Numbered from the stretch's first letter, positions 8,519-19,013 are shown. The stretch: 41,873 nt of DNA from an uncultured Geobacter sp. (GCA_964582605.1 CAZOTC010000001.1:1-41873), one strand, 5' to 3'. Notes: generated by a model not told the origin, from the sequence alone. A program made the numbers and translations.

Positions 8519-10780
8519 TCAATCGGCAGGAGTGTACTGGGCATCAACTACGGCTATTGCAGCCATGTTGACGATATCATTGACATCATCGCCTCTTTGG
8601 AGGACGTGGATCGGCTTGTTCATTCCCATCAGAATCGGCCCGATGGCATCAGCTCCTCCAAGATGGTGCAGCAGTTTGTAGCAGATGTTTCCGGAGTTGA
8701 GGTCGGGGAAGATCAGCACATTGGCTGGTGACTTCATCTTGGAGAAGGTGAAGCCGTCCAGTATCTCGGGAACTACTGCGGTGTCCGCCTGCATTTCACC
8801 GTCGATTTTCAGGTCAGGGCAGCGTTCCTTGACGATCTCGACCGCTTTTTTTACCTTGATCGTCTGTGGACTGTTAACCGATCCGAAGTTTGAGAAGGAA
8901 AGCATGGCAACCGATGGATCTACATCCAGAATCCGTGCTGTATCTGCCGCAAGAATAGCGGTCTCGGCCAGTTCTGCCGCTGTAGGGTCTATGGTGACCG
9001 TAGTGTCGGCAAGGAAGTAGACCCCTTTCTTAAAGACCATCATGTACAGACCATGCACACTCTGCAGACCTTCCCGCTTACCGATGACCTCAAGGGCAGG
9101 ACGAATGGTTTCCGGGTAGTGGGCGTCGATTCCTGACAGCATGGTATCAGCATCACCCATCCGCACCATCATGGCACCGAAATGGTTGCGTGATTTGCGC
9201 CGGATAATCCGACGGGCCTCTGAAAGGGTGACCCCTTTGCGCTGGCGCAGTTGGTACAGTTCCTGGGCATAGTCTTCCGAACGCTCATAGTCGTCAGGCT
9301 CCACAATCTGGACATCAGGCAGCTCGATGTTCAGCTCTTCCATCTTTTCAAGCACCTTTTTGCGGTTGCCGATCAAGATCGGATGGGCAATCCCTTCGTC
9401 CACAAGAATCTGTGCCGCGCGCAGGATCTTCTCGTTGTCCCCTTCCGGGAAGGCCAGACGTTTCGGATCACATTTGGCCTTGTTTATGATCATGCGCATG
9501 ATCTCTTTTGACTTGCCCTGGCTTGATTCAAGGTGCTCGATGTATTTTTCCATGTCTTCAATCGGCTGACGGGCAACTCCGCTGTCCATGGCAGCCTGGG
9601 CAATGGCAGGGGCTACGTGGAGCAATACTCGCGAATCAAAAGGTTTCGGGATGATGTAGTCTTTGCCAAACGAAAATTTGACGTTTCCGTACGCCTTGCT
9701 GACAGAATCAGGCACCTCTTCGCGGGCAAGCTTTGCCAATGCCTTGACCGCAGCCAGTTTCATTTCTTCATTGATACAGGTGGCCCGTACATCCAGCGCT
9801 CCGCGGAAGATAAACGGAAAGCCCAGTACATTGTTGACCTGATTCGGATAATCGGACCGGCCAGTGGCGATGATCACATCACCACGGGCTGCCTTTGCCT
9901 CATCAGGAGTTATTTCAGGGTCAGGGTTGGCCATGGCGAAGATGATCGGATTGGGGGCCATGCTGCGTACCATGTCGGCTGTGAAAGCGCCTTTGACTGA
10001 AAGGCCGAACAGGACGTCGGCCCCCTTGGCTGCCTCTTCAAGAGTACGGAAAGGGGTGTCGGCGGCAAAGAGTGCCTTGTAAGGGTTCATCCCCTCACCA
10101 CGTCCCTTGTAGATAACCCCCTTGGTGTCACACATGATCATGTTGTTGGGCTTGACACCCAGTGCAATGGCAAGTTTTGCGCAAGAGTTGGCTGAGGCGC
10201 CGGCACCGTTGACTACGATTCTGATGTCTTCAATCTTTTTGCCTACCAGTTCCAGGGCGTTCAAAAGGGCAGCTGATGAAATTATCGCGGTGCCGTGTTG
10301 ATCATCGTGAAAGACCGGAATCTTCATGGTCTTTTTCAGCTCTTCCTCGATGTAAAAACATTCCGGTGCCTTGATGTCCTCAAGGTTGATGCCGCCAAAG
10401 GTTGGCTCCAGCAGTTGGCAGGCCTTGATGATCTCGTCAGGGTTTTCAGTGTCGAGCTCAATGTCAAAGACATCGATATCGGCAAAACGCTTAAAGAGAA
10501 TCCCTTTCCCTTCCATGACCGGCTTGCCGGCCAGTGCCCCCAGGTTGCCCAATCCCAGTACGGCAGTACCGTTGGAGACAACCGCCACCAGATTTCCTTT
10601 GGCAGTGTATTTGTAGGCATCATCCGGGTTTTTTTCGATAGCCAGGCAGGGCTCGGCTACGCCGGGTGAATAGGCCAGCGACAGGTCTGCTGCAGTCTGG
10701 CAGGGTTTCGTGGAGATGACTTCGATCTTCCCCTTGCGTCCCATGGAGTGGTATTCGAGTGCATTTTTAATCTTGGCCAT
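8519..10780 (-). CDS. maeB: NADP-dependent malic enzyme fused to a phosphotransacetylase-like domain
   Basis: [46 protein letters not shown]-terminal [20 protein letters not shown] 10780 has better RBS spacing than 10789. Confidence 0.97.
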   Translation of the reverse strand: MAKIKNALEYHSMGRKGKIEVISTKPCQTAADLSLAYSPGVAEPCLAIEKNPDDAYKYTAKGNLVAVVSNGTAVLGLGNLGALAGKPVMEGKGILFKRFADIDVFDIELDTENPDEIIKACQLLEPTFGGINLEDIKAPECFYIEEELKKTMKIPVFHDDQHGTAIISSAALLNALELVGKKIEDIRIVVNGAGASANSCAKLAIALGVKPNNMIMCDTKGVIYKGRGEGMNPYKALFAADTPFRTLEEAAKGADVLFGLSVKGAFTADMVRSMAPNPIIFAMANPDPEITPDEAKAARGDVIIATGRSDYPNQVNNVLGFPFIFRGALDVRATCINEEMKLAAVKALAKLAREEVPDSVSKAYGNVKFSFGKDYIIPKPFDSRVLLHVAPAIAQAAMDSGVARQPIEDMEKYIEHLESSQGKSKEIMRMIINKAKCDPKRLAFPEGDNEKILRAAQILVDEGIAHPILIGNRKKVLEKMEELNIELPDVQIVEPDDYERSEDYAQELYQLRQRKGVTLSEARRIIRRKSRNHFGAMMVRMGDADTMLSGIDAHYPETIRPALEVIGKREGLQSVHGLYMMVFKKGVYFLADTTVTIDPTAAELAETAILAADTARILDVDPSVAMLSFSNFGSVNSPQTIKVKKAVEIVKERCPDLKIDGEMQADTAVVPEILDGFTFSKMKSPANVLIFPDLNSGNICYKLLHHLGGADAIGPILMGMNKPIHVLQRGDDVNDIVNMAAIAVVDAQYTPAD

Positions 10781-10878
10781 AATCGGCATGCCTCCTGACT
10801 GAATTTAGTTACAATAAAAAAGCGGTTGATTTTGTCTAAATATGCTGGGGTTGTGTTTACTGATACTAAAGATATATA

Positions 10879-10902
10879 GTCCCCTTATTTAGGGGCTGTC
10901 AA
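10879..10902 (-). promoter_or_regulatory. Putative maeB promoter -35 with a palindromic spacer
   Basis: TTGACA then GCCCCTAAATAAGGGGAC (inverted repeat) then TATATA. Confidence 0.4.
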
Positions 10903-11006
10903 GCGCTAACGGTCATTCTATACAATTATTCTATTTGCTGTTGCTGTTGGTGTTGATGAAGTCGTCAGGCTGCCGTAAAATGACAGTCCGCAGTCAGGAG
11001 GAGACT

Positions 11007-11921
11007 ATGACAACTACCAGATCCGGTTACGTGAGTGTTGATATTGGCGGTACAAACATGCGTGGTGCCCTGGTGCTGCCCACGGGAGAGATTCTGGAGC
11101 GTTTCAGGGCAAAGAGCGCCATTGCCGAAGGTGCGGATCCGTTTCTGGAACGTTTGACAGCGTCAGCTGAGGGGCTGATAGCAGCAGCGAGCAAACATGA
11201 TGTGCTGGTTAAGGGGGTTGGTGTCGGTGTGCCGGGCCTGATTGGAGCTGATGGTGTTGTACATGCGTCGGTGAACCTGCGTCCGCTGGAAGGCCTGAAT
11301 CTGTCGGAGATGCTTGCTTGCCGGATTCGCCTGCCGGTGGTTGCTGCCAATGATGCCAATCTGATTGCCCTGGGCGAGGCAACCTCCGGAGCCGGCCGGG
11401 GAATGCGTTCACTGGTTGTAATAACGATAGGTACCGGTCTGGGTAGCGGACTCATTCTGGACGGCAGGCTCTGGAGCGGAGCCGGTGGTTTTGCTGCCGA
11501 GTTCGGTCATCTGACGGTTGAGCCTGAGGGGATACGGTGTCCCTGCGGTAACTATGGATGTCTGGAACAGTATGTCTCTGCTGCAGCTCTTTCCCGCTAC
11601 GGCAACGGACGGTCTCCGGAAGAGCTGGCTTTGCTGGCACGTTCCGGAGATTCCCTTGCAATTGCGGCATTTGAAAAGGTCGGCTACTGGCTTGGCACTG
11701 CTCTTGCCGGGCTGATCAATACCCTCAACCTGGATGGAATCGTCATCGGCGGCGGAGTTGCCGCGGGGTATGACCTGTTTGCGCCGGCACTGCACGAAAC
11801 AATACGGAAACGCGCATTCCCACTGATTGCCGGGCAGGTGAAACTCTGCAGGAGTCTGCTTGGTGACGACGCCGGACTGGTTGGAGGCGCTCTGATTGCG
11901 GCATCAAACAAGACAGGTTGA
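11007..11921 (+). CDS. glk: ROK family sugar kinase (glucokinase-like)
   Basis: DIGGT, NDAN, GTGLGSG, EFGH, CPCGNYGCLE; no N-terminal HTH; AGGAGGAG RBS before ATG 11007. Confidence 0.88.
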   Translation: MTTTRSGYVSVDIGGTNMRGALVLPTGEILERFRAKSAIAEGADPFLERLTASAEGLIAAASKHDVLVKGVGVGVPGLIGADGVVHASVNLRPLEGLNLSEMLACRIRLPVVAANDANLIALGEATSGAGRGMRSLVVITIGTGLGSGLILDGRLWSGAGGFAAEFGHLTVEPEGIRCPCGNYGCLEQYVSAAALSRYGNGRSPEELALLARSGDSLAIAAFEKVGYWLGTALAGLINTLNLDGIVIGGGVAAGYDLFAPALHETIRKRAFPLIAGQVKLCRSLLGDDAGLVGGALIAASNKTG

Positions 11922-12037
11922 TCAATTTTTTTAACGGGAGTTTACTTTCATCTTATTGGTGGTATCATCTCTCACTGCAGGTTCAACAGTTTTGTCACTT
12001 ACGTCAGGAAGACAGATGAATAAACAAGGAGGTGGCT

Positions 12038-13252
12038 ATGAAACGTATCTGGGGCTGGGGTTTATTGCTGATTACGCTGGTTGTGCTTGCAGCCGGCTGT
12101 GCCAAGCAGGTTGCACGGTGTACGGCTCCTGAGGACAATCCGGCGCATCATTACCTGCGGGGCATGGAGGCGCTGGAGGCAGGCAAGATTGAGCTTGCTC
12201 AGGAAAAATTCGATCGGGCGCTGTACTGTGACGAGGCCTTTTCCGCTGCTTATGGCGGGAAAGCGATTGTTGCCGCGTTAAAGGCAAAGGCAATCGCTGA
12301 TGCCGGATATCGCGGGGTGGAGGTTGAACGGGCCGAGGAGTACCTCGAAAAAGCGAGAAAGCTGGCTGAAACCGACAACGACCGTTTTGAGTACCAGTTG
12401 GCGGTTGTCAGGGTGGCACCGGCCGTAAAAGGTAAAGACTGGCTTGACCGGGCTGAAGCTGCGTATCGCAGTTCCCTGTCAGTCGAGAAGCTGGATGAAC
12501 GTCGGCTTGAGTACTATCAGGGTAAAGAGGCCGCAGCCTATTTCATGGGGCTGGCCTACCTGGAAGGGTATCAGTTTCGCAAGGCAGAAGACAAATTCCG
12601 TGAAACACTTGATACGCGCAAGATGGGTAAATGGAATGAACCGGCTGACAAGGCCTGGAAAAAGACTTCCAAGATCGTACGTGCCATGGGAGGCATTACC
12701 GTTGGTGACGTAGGCAGAAAGATTGCGGTTAAGGATGCGGTGTCGCGTGGTGACCTGGCTGCTCTGCTGGTGGATGAGATGAGGATTGACAAGCTTTTTG
12801 CCGGTCGGATTCCGGTCAAGTCGCAACTTGACAGCATGAAGGCAGAATTTGTCCCGGCTGACCTGCTGTCCCATCCGTTTCGAGATGAGGTCAATACCAT
12901 CATGAAATGGAAGGTCCGCGGTCTTGAACCAAAATACGACCAGACCACCAAGGCCTATCTCTTCAAGCCGCAGGACAAGGTGTTGCGTGGTGAAATGGCC
13001 TTTATTCTGGAAGATGTCCTGATTAAACTGACTGGCGATGAAAAGCTGGCCACCGCCTATTTCGGACAGGACCGCTCCCCCTTCCCGGATGTCAAGACCA
13101 CATCACCTTACTACAATGCGGTTATGAATATGACCAGTCGCGGCATAATGGAAGGAGAGCTCTCCGGCGAATTTCGTTTCAATGACCCGGTGGACGGGGC
13201 TGAGGCAATCCTTGCCATCCGGGTGCTGCAGCAAAGGATCAATATCTATTAG
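12038..13252 (+). CDS. Lipoprotein with TPR repeats and C-terminal S-layer homology (SLH) domains
   Basis: Lipobox LAAG-C; TPR helices; FPDV..SPYYNAV..MTSRGIMEG..FRFNDPV and FKPQDKVLRGEMA. Confidence 0.8.
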   Translation: MKRIWGWGLLLITLVVLAAGCAKQVARCTAPEDNPAHHYLRGMEALEAGKIELAQEKFDRALYCDEAFSAAYGGKAIVAALKAKAIADAGYRGVEVERAEEYLEKARKLAETDNDRFEYQLAVVRVAPAVKGKDWLDRAEAAYRSSLSVEKLDERRLEYYQGKEAAAYFMGLAYLEGYQFRKAEDKFRETLDTRKMGKWNEPADKAWKKTSKIVRAMGGITVGDVGRKIAVKDAVSRGDLAALLVDEMRIDKLFAGRIPVKSQLDSMKAEFVPADLLSHPFRDEVNTIMKWKVRGLEPKYDQTTKAYLFKPQDKVLRGEMAFILEDVLIKLTGDEKLATAYFGQDRSPFPDVKTTSPYYNAVMNMTSRGIMEGELSGEFRFNDPVDGAEAILAIRVLQQRINIY

Positions 13253-13300
13253 CGTGTAACCGCCTTAATCGGCATATATCAGGCAAGGAGGAAAAACTAC

Positions 13301-14209
13301 ATGAAAAAGAGTATCGTTCTGGCAGCAGTGGCATTGATGGGGCTTACAGGTTTTGCCCAGGCAGATGAAGTGGACCTGAAGCAGTACAAGATTGCCCGTG
13401 AATACATCAAAAAAGAAAAGGTGACCGTAACGGTTACGGTTGAACAGGCGTTTAAGCAGGATGCCATTCTGGTTGTCGGTGAAGGTGTTCCCAAAAAAGG
13501 AACCAGCGGCGGACAACGCCGTCTGACGGCGACCCGTGCTGCCGAAGTGGCTGCGCAGCGGGCGTTGGCAGAGTTGTTGAAGGGGGTCCAGATCACCGGG
13601 CAGACGACGGTCAGGGATGCCGAACTTGAATCGGATCTTATCAAGTCATCGGTTAGCGCCTTTATCAAAGGTTTCCAGCCGGTGGTCAAGGATTGGAACG
13701 CAGCAGAAGAGACGGCACTGGTTATCTTGAAGGTCGGTGTGAATGGTCCCCGCAGTTTTGGTGCCATGATGTATGAAAAAATACTGACCGAGCCGAAGAT
13801 CAAGCAGGAAATTGACAAGCCTGCCTATGTGCCGCCTGCCGATCTGCCGGCTCCCCCTCCGATTGCCCAGCCGTTTGACGGTCTGATTATTGATGCAACG
13901 GCCTATTCATTCCGTCCAGCCCTGATCAACCGGATCTTTAACCCCAAGGGAGAGGTGCTCTACGATCCTGCCAAGATCAGCCAGAAGGTACTGGTTGAAC
14001 AGGGCTGCGGAGAGTATACCAACAGCGTCGACAAGGCCAGGGCTGCCCTGCGTAAGCGCGGCGTCAACAATCCGTTGGTGGTGAAGGCCTCAGGGACGGT
14101 CAGCCCCTCTGACCTGCAGGTCAGTGCAGATGTTGCCATGCAGATTTTCAGTGCAAATCAGGCTAACGGCTTCATGGCAGATGCACGGGTCGCCTTTGTG
14201 CTGAAATAG
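13301..14209 (+). CDS. Exported LPP20-like protein
   Basis: Signal peptide ending AQA; ATRAAEVAAQRALAE..GVQITGQTTV; FDGLIIDA. Confidence 0.7.
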   Translation: MKKSIVLAAVALMGLTGFAQADEVDLKQYKIAREYIKKEKVTVTVTVEQAFKQDAILVVGEGVPKKGTSGGQRRLTATRAAEVAAQRALAELLKGVQITGQTTVRDAELESDLIKSSVSAFIKGFQPVVKDWNAAEETALVILKVGVNGPRSFGAMMYEKILTEPKIKQEIDKPAYVPPADLPAPPPIAQPFDGLIIDATAYSFRPALINRIFNPKGEVLYDPAKISQKVLVEQGCGEYTNSVDKARAALRKRGVNNPLVVKASGTVSPSDLQVSADVAMQIFSANQANGFMADARVAFVLK

Positions 14210-14235
14210 CGGTCGTTCTTTCCCTTTTTTTTGAA

Positions 14236-14270
14236 CAGATGCCCCGTGGCTTCAGGTTACGGGGCATTTG
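14236..14270 (+). terminator. Hairpin terminator after the LPP20-like gene
   Basis: CAGATGCCCCGT...ACGGGGCATTTG. Confidence 0.6.
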
Positions 14271-14284
14271 CATACCTGATTACG

Positions 14285-14311
14285 GGAACTTTTCATCAGC
14301 TGGAGCTGTCT
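14285..14311 (+). promoter_or_regulatory. ECF sigma promoter (autoregulatory)
   Basis: GGAACT-17-GTCT, nearly identical to the 15931 copy. Confidence 0.75.
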
Positions 14312-14317
14312 CATGTT

Positions 14318-14917
14318 ATGAATGCTACTGTCTCACACAGGCTTGATGATACACAGCTTGTAGCTTCCTGCCGTAAAGGTGATACCGGAGCCTTTGAACA
14401 GCTGGTCCTGCGTCACCAACGCAGCCTCTATGCTATTGCTTTACGAATCAGCGGCAATGAAGCTGATGCGGCTGAGATAGTGCAGGATGTATTCCTGACA
14501 GCCTGGCGTAAAATCAATGATTTTCGTGGTGATGCCAGGTTTTCAACCTGGCTGACCAGTATAGTCGTCAACCTGGCCCGGACCCGTTGGCAGCAGAGCC
14601 GCCAGAAGCAGGGCAGGGAAGATTCGCTCGATGATCCAGGTACACAGGCGCAGAAGGGGGCTTTGCAGGTCTCCTCGAATCTACCGTCAGCACTGGATCA
14701 GCTGGAACAATTCCAGATGCGGGAAATGCTGGAACGCTGTATCAGCCTGCTTGATCAGGGGTTTCGTGAGGTTTTGGTGCTGCGTGATATGCGAGCATTG
14801 GCCTATGATGAAGTCGGCCAGGCACTGGGGCTGCGCGAGGGGACGGTCAAGTCTCGCCTGTTTCGGGCTCGTGAGGCCTTGCGGGACTGTATGTTTAAAA
14901 GTATGGAGCGGCCATGA
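14318..14917 (+). CDS. ECF RNA polymerase sigma factor (RpoE/SigW-like)
   Basis: GDTGAFEQLV, DAAEIVQDVFL, FRGDARFSTWL, GTVKSRLFRAR. Start set at ATG 14318 because the longer ORF crosses the terminator and promoter. Confidence 0.93.
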   Translation: MNATVSHRLDDTQLVASCRKGDTGAFEQLVLRHQRSLYAIALRISGNEADAAEIVQDVFLTAWRKINDFRGDARFSTWLTSIVVNLARTRWQQSRQKQGREDSLDDPGTQAQKGALQVSSNLPSALDQLEQFQMREMLERCISLLDQGFREVLVLRDMRALAYDEVGQALGLREGTVKSRLFRAREALRDCMFKSMERP

Positions 14918-15906
14918 AAGGGCATGATGAATTAAAGGCGATGCTTGCCCCGCTGGCCGGCGGCGATCTGTCTCCAGCCGACCGGGTCCGGATTGAGCAA
15001 CATCTGAACAACTGCCCCTCCTGCCGCCATGAACTGGCACAGCTGCAGGCTGTAGTACAGGCGGTACGTTCGATGCCTGAAGTTGAACCACCGCCATGGC
15101 TGGCATTCCGCATCATGGCGCAGATCAGAGATAAGGCACCGCCACAGCGCAGCTGGTTTGAACGTCTGGTTGTACCGTTCAGAAGCAGGCTGCCGTTTGG
15201 AGCCTGCGCATTACTGGTGGTCTGCATCATGGCCTGGTATGTCATGCAGGAGGTTGACCGGTCGCAGCAGGTGCGGACTGGCATGCAGCCTGCTACTTTA
15301 TCCCCTGCTGAGGGCACGAAGGATGCAGCGGTGCAGGCCTTGCGGCCTCCTTCCGCGACTGTCCCGGCTCCCGCAGTAGAGCCTGAAACTGCACGCCGTC
15401 AGACTGCAGTGCCCCCCGTAATCCAGAAGACTCTCGAAACGTCAGCGGTTACTCCAGTACCTGTCATTGCTCCGCCGCCACAGACGTCCTTCAATCAGGA
15501 AGAGCCGGCAGAACAGACCAGGGAGCGGGCTGAGGCCACGTCTGCTGCCTCTGCTGTAGGCCGTGAGCGGACTGCAGGAAATTCTGCACCGCTTGCCGAG
15601 CGTAAGGCAGCAGCCAAAGCTAAGGCAGTGGACACGGTTAACCGTCTTGATACGGCAATGAAGCGACCGTTACAGTTGCGCCTAGTGGTTACTGATCGTA
15701 CAACCGCGACTGATAGTCTGCGGAGTATTGTACAGCGTCTGGGCGGGGTAGTGCTTGAGCAGAGCCCAGGCAGCCTCACCGTACGGATGCAGGGTGCCTT
15801 TCTGCCGGAATTGCAGGAGCAGGTTGCAAAGCTGGGTAGAATCACTGAACGGAATTTTGAACAGCGCGGTAACGAGGAGTGGGTTGAACTCAAGATATCC
15901 TGGTAG
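14914..15906 (+). CDS. Zinc-finger (zf-HC2) transmembrane anti-sigma factor
   Basis: HLNNCPSC (HxxxCxxC), one TM helix, Pro/Ala linker, ATGA overlap with the sigma gene. Confidence 0.88.
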   Translation: MKGHDELKAMLAPLAGGDLSPADRVRIEQHLNNCPSCRHELAQLQAVVQAVRSMPEVEPPPWLAFRIMAQIRDKAPPQRSWFERLVVPFRSRLPFGACALLVVCIMAWYVMQEVDRSQQVRTGMQPATLSPAEGTKDAAVQALRPPSATVPAPAVEPETARRQTAVPPVIQKTLETSAVTPVPVIAPPPQTSFNQEEPAEQTRERAEATSAASAVGRERTAGNSAPLAERKAAAKAKAVDTVNRLDTAMKRPLQLRLVVTDRTTATDSLRSIVQRLGGVVLEQSPGSLTVRMQGAFLPELQEQVAKLGRITERNFEQRGNEEWVELKISW

Positions 15907-15930
15907 GTTATGAAAAATTTCAACGTTCCG

Positions 15931-15957
15931 GGAACTTTTCCTCTCTTCCTTCTGTCT
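15931..15957 (+). promoter_or_regulatory. ECF sigma promoter (target gene)
   Basis: GGAACT-17-GTCT(AA), about 50 nt upstream of 16008. Confidence 0.75.
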
Positions 15958-16007
15958 AACGGTGCAAGGGCTCATTAAAGGCCAATCATCAGGTACAGGA
16001 GGATGTC

Positions 16008-16811
16008 ATGAAAACCATCACAGCAGTTATTCTGGCCGTTGTTTTCAGTGCAGTACAGGTTTGGGCAGGCAGCGTCGGTGACAGCGTCGAGGTGCGGATT
16101 GTATCCGACACCGGCACAGAGCTGCCGTTCTACCCGGCAACAGCACGCTATCCGTCTCGAAAGGTCTATGCCGAGGCGGTCAAAGGGGAACATTACAGGA
16201 TTGTTGTCCGCAATAAGCTGAACCGTCGGGTTGGTGTCGTTATTGCGGTGGATGGTCGCAATATTGTCTCCGGTCAGAAGTCATGGTTGAAAAACAGTGA
16301 ACGCATGTATGTCCTTGAACCTTACGAGCGCAATGAATACGCCGGCTGGCGTACCGGGCAGGACCGGATCAACCGCTTCTACTTCACCGAGGTGCCGGAC
16401 TCCTACGCTGCAGCCTTTGGCGATCAGAGTGCCATGGGGGTAATTGCCGTAGCGGTCTATCCGGAAGTTCATCGTTATGAAGAACCACCGCTGCTCCTGC
16501 ACAGCCAGGAGTCTCCAGCCGCTTCTTCCGGTCGGCTTGAACGAAGGAACTCTGCCGCCCCCTCAGCCAAGGCAGAAACCGCCGATCGTTCGGCCGGTAC
16601 CGGCTATGGCCGCAGCGAGTATTCACCTTCACGCAGCGTGGCGTTTGAGCCTGAACCACGCCCTGTTGAAAATCTGTACATCAAGTATGAATGGCGCAGC
16701 ACGCTTTGCTCAAAACGGATCATAGGTTGCGGCAGGCAGTATTCGCGCTCGTACAACCGGTTGTGGGACAACAACGGCTTTGCACCGCCGCCTCCGGGCC
16801 GTGAGCACTAG
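16008..16811 (+). CDS. Exported hypothetical protein
   Basis: AGGAGG RBS, signal peptide, VVIAVDGRNIVSG, GVIAVAVY, GTGYG. Confidence 0.8.
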   Translation: MKTITAVILAVVFSAVQVWAGSVGDSVEVRIVSDTGTELPFYPATARYPSRKVYAEAVKGEHYRIVVRNKLNRRVGVVIAVDGRNIVSGQKSWLKNSERMYVLEPYERNEYAGWRTGQDRINRFYFTEVPDSYAAAFGDQSAMGVIAVAVYPEVHRYEEPPLLLHSQESPAASSGRLERRNSAAPSAKAETADRSAGTGYGRSEYSPSRSVAFEPEPRPVENLYIKYEWRSTLCSKRIIGCGRQYSRSYNRLWDNNGFAPPPPGREH

Positions 16812-16905
16812 CAGAGAGAATGTGCTGTGCTGCTTGTAGAAGCGAAAATGTGTGCTATAGAAAGGTTTCATTGAGTGAGGGTAATCCTGAGACAAAGGAG
16901 CTGCC

Positions 16906-18399
16906 ATGCCTGATCTGAACGGCGTGTTGATGCAGTATTTTCACTGGTACAATCAGGCTGATGGAACACTGTGGCAGGAGGTGGCGCAGCGTGCTGCCGA
17001 GCTTGCTGAAAGCGGTATCACAGCCCTGTGGCTGCCGCCGGCCTATAAGGGAATCGGCGGCGCCGATGATGTGGGCTATGGAGTCTACGACCTGTATGAT
17101 CTGGGTGAGTTTGACCAGAAAGGCTCGATACGGACCAAGTATGGCACCAGAGAACAATACCTTCAGGCTGTGCATCAGCTGCAGCAGGCAGGTATCCAGG
17201 TTTATGCCGATGCAGTTTTGAATCATCGCATGGGAGGAGACCAGGCAGAACCATGCCTGGCAACACCCTACAGACGGGGGGACCGGATTCATCCCAAAGG
17301 AGAGTTGAAGGCGATTCATGCCTACACCCGTTTTAACTTTCCCGGGCGGGCCGGTAGGTACTCTTCATTTACCTGGAACTGGCAGCATTTTGATGCCGTA
17401 GATTATGACCATGCCAATCCGTCAGAACATGACACGGTCTATCTGCTGGAAGGTAAACGGTTTGATGATGAAGTCTCCCAGGAGTTCGGAAATTTTGCCT
17501 ACCTGATGGGCTGCGATCTGGATTGCCAGCATCCGGAGGTGCGTGAGGAGCTGATCCGCTGGGGATGTTGGTATCTTGACATTGTCAAGGTTGATGGATT
17601 CAGGCTTGATGCGATCAAGCATATTGCGGCCTGGTTTTTTCCGGAGTGGCTGGATGCTCTGGAAAAACATGCTGGAAAAGATCTGTTCGTAGTGGGGGAG
17701 TACTGGGTCAACAGTCTGGCTACCCTGTTGCGCTACATTGATGATGTCGGCGGACGGATGGCGGTATTTGATGTGCCGCTGCATTACAACTTCCAGCGTG
17801 CCGGTCGGGCAGGGGCCGAGTTTGACATGCGCCGGATCCTGGAGGGAAGTGTGATGCAGGCCCGACCTGCTCACGCGGTTACCTTTGTTGAGAACCATGA
17901 TTCACAACCGTTACAGGCGCTAGAATCAGTTGTGGAACCCTGGTTCAAGCCGCTGGCGTATGCCCTGATCCTGTTACGGCGAGAGGGCTATCCCTGCCTG
18001 TTCCATGCTGATTATTATGGAGCCGAATATGATGACCAAGGGCGTGATGGTAATCTGCACCATATCAGCATGCAGTCCCATCGCTTTCTGCTTGACCGGT
18101 TCCTCGGTGTCCGCCGGGATCTGGCTTACGGCACCCAGTATGACTATTTTGATCATCCGGCAACGATCGGTTGGACCAGGCTGGGGGATGACCGGCATCC
18201 CGGCGGTATGGCGGTACTGATGAGTAACGGTGCAGACGGTTACAAATGGATGGAAGTGGGGCAGTCGAATGTTGCGTACCGGGATATAACCGGTCACGTT
18301 ACTGAAAGGGTTGTCACGAATCAGAACGGCTGGGGCGAGTTTCGCTGCAGGGGAGGGTCGGTGTCGGTCTGGACGCCGGCTTGCGGGGATGCCCGATGA
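16906..18399 (+). CDS. amyA: Cytoplasmic alpha-amylase (GH13, AmyA/Bacillus type)
   Basis: LMQYFHWY, DVGYGVYDLYDLGEF, DAVLNH, DGFRLDAIKH, VGEYW, FVENHD; no signal peptide. Confidence 0.93.
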   Translation: MPDLNGVLMQYFHWYNQADGTLWQEVAQRAAELAESGITALWLPPAYKGIGGADDVGYGVYDLYDLGEFDQKGSIRTKYGTREQYLQAVHQLQQAGIQVYADAVLNHRMGGDQAEPCLATPYRRGDRIHPKGELKAIHAYTRFNFPGRAGRYSSFTWNWQHFDAVDYDHANPSEHDTVYLLEGKRFDDEVSQEFGNFAYLMGCDLDCQHPEVREELIRWGCWYLDIVKVDGFRLDAIKHIAAWFFPEWLDALEKHAGKDLFVVGEYWVNSLATLLRYIDDVGGRMAVFDVPLHYNFQRAGRAGAEFDMRRILEGSVMQARPAHAVTFVENHDSQPLQALESVVEPWFKPLAYALILLRREGYPCLFHADYYGAEYDDQGRDGNLHHISMQSHRFLLDRFLGVRRDLAYGTQYDYFDHPATIGWTRLGDDRHPGGMAVLMSNGADGYKWMEVGQSNVAYRDITGHVTERVVTNQNGWGEFRCRGGSVSVWTPACGDAR

Positions 18400-19007
18400 G
18401 ATTTTGTACCGGTCTGCTGGTGCTCGCTCTACTGCTAACAGGTTCTGGGTGTTCTTCACCCCCGGCGATTCCTGCATTGTCCCCGGATGCCGTTATCCTT
18501 GCCTTCGGCGACAGTCTGACAGCCGGTACCGGCGCAACGCCTGAAACCGGTTATCCTGCGGTGCTGGGACACCTGAGTGGACGCAAGGTCGTCAATGCCG
18601 GTGTGCCTGGGGAGGTGACGGCTGCAGGTCTGGTGCGTTTACCTCAACTGATGGAACAGGAAAAACCCGCACTGGTACTGCTCTGTCTGGGGGGGAATGA
18701 TTTTCTGCAACGGCTTGATGCCGCCAAGGCAGAGGAAAATCTGCGGGCAATGGTACGGATGGTCCGGGAGCACGGGGCAGGGGTGGTGCTGATCGGGGTG
18801 CCAAAGCTGGGATTTGGTCTTGAGGTCCCCGGGTGGTATGAAAAGATTGCCAGGGATGCCGGTATTCCCTATGAGGGCAAGGTCCTGGCACAGGTGCTGT
18901 CGGATCCGACGCTTAAATCAGATCCGATCCATCCCAATGCTTCCGGTTACCGGAAGATCGCTGAGGCGTTGTTGAAGCTGCTTAAAAAGACAGGTGCTCT
19001 GACGTAG
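18396..19007 (+). CDS. GDSL/SGNH arylesterase (TesA-like), probable lipoprotein
   Basis: FGDSLTAG, NAGVPG, GGND, DPIHPN; ATGA overlap with amyA. Confidence 0.9.
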   Translation: MRFCTGLLVLALLLTGSGCSSPPAIPALSPDAVILAFGDSLTAGTGATPETGYPAVLGHLSGRKVVNAGVPGEVTAAGLVRLPQLMEQEKPALVLLCLGGNDFLQRLDAAKAEENLRAMVRMVREHGAGVVLIGVPKLGFGLEVPGWYEKIARDAGIPYEGKVLAQVLSDPTLKSDPIHPNASGYRKIAEALLKLLKKTGALT

Positions 19008-19013
19008 CTCTGT

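Noticed and set aside
14231-14317. N-terminal extension of the ECF sigma in the ORF track
   Set aside because: Runs through a terminator hairpin and the ECF promoter. Similar over-extended starts were trimmed for glk, birA, cheD, PHP, rpoH and others.
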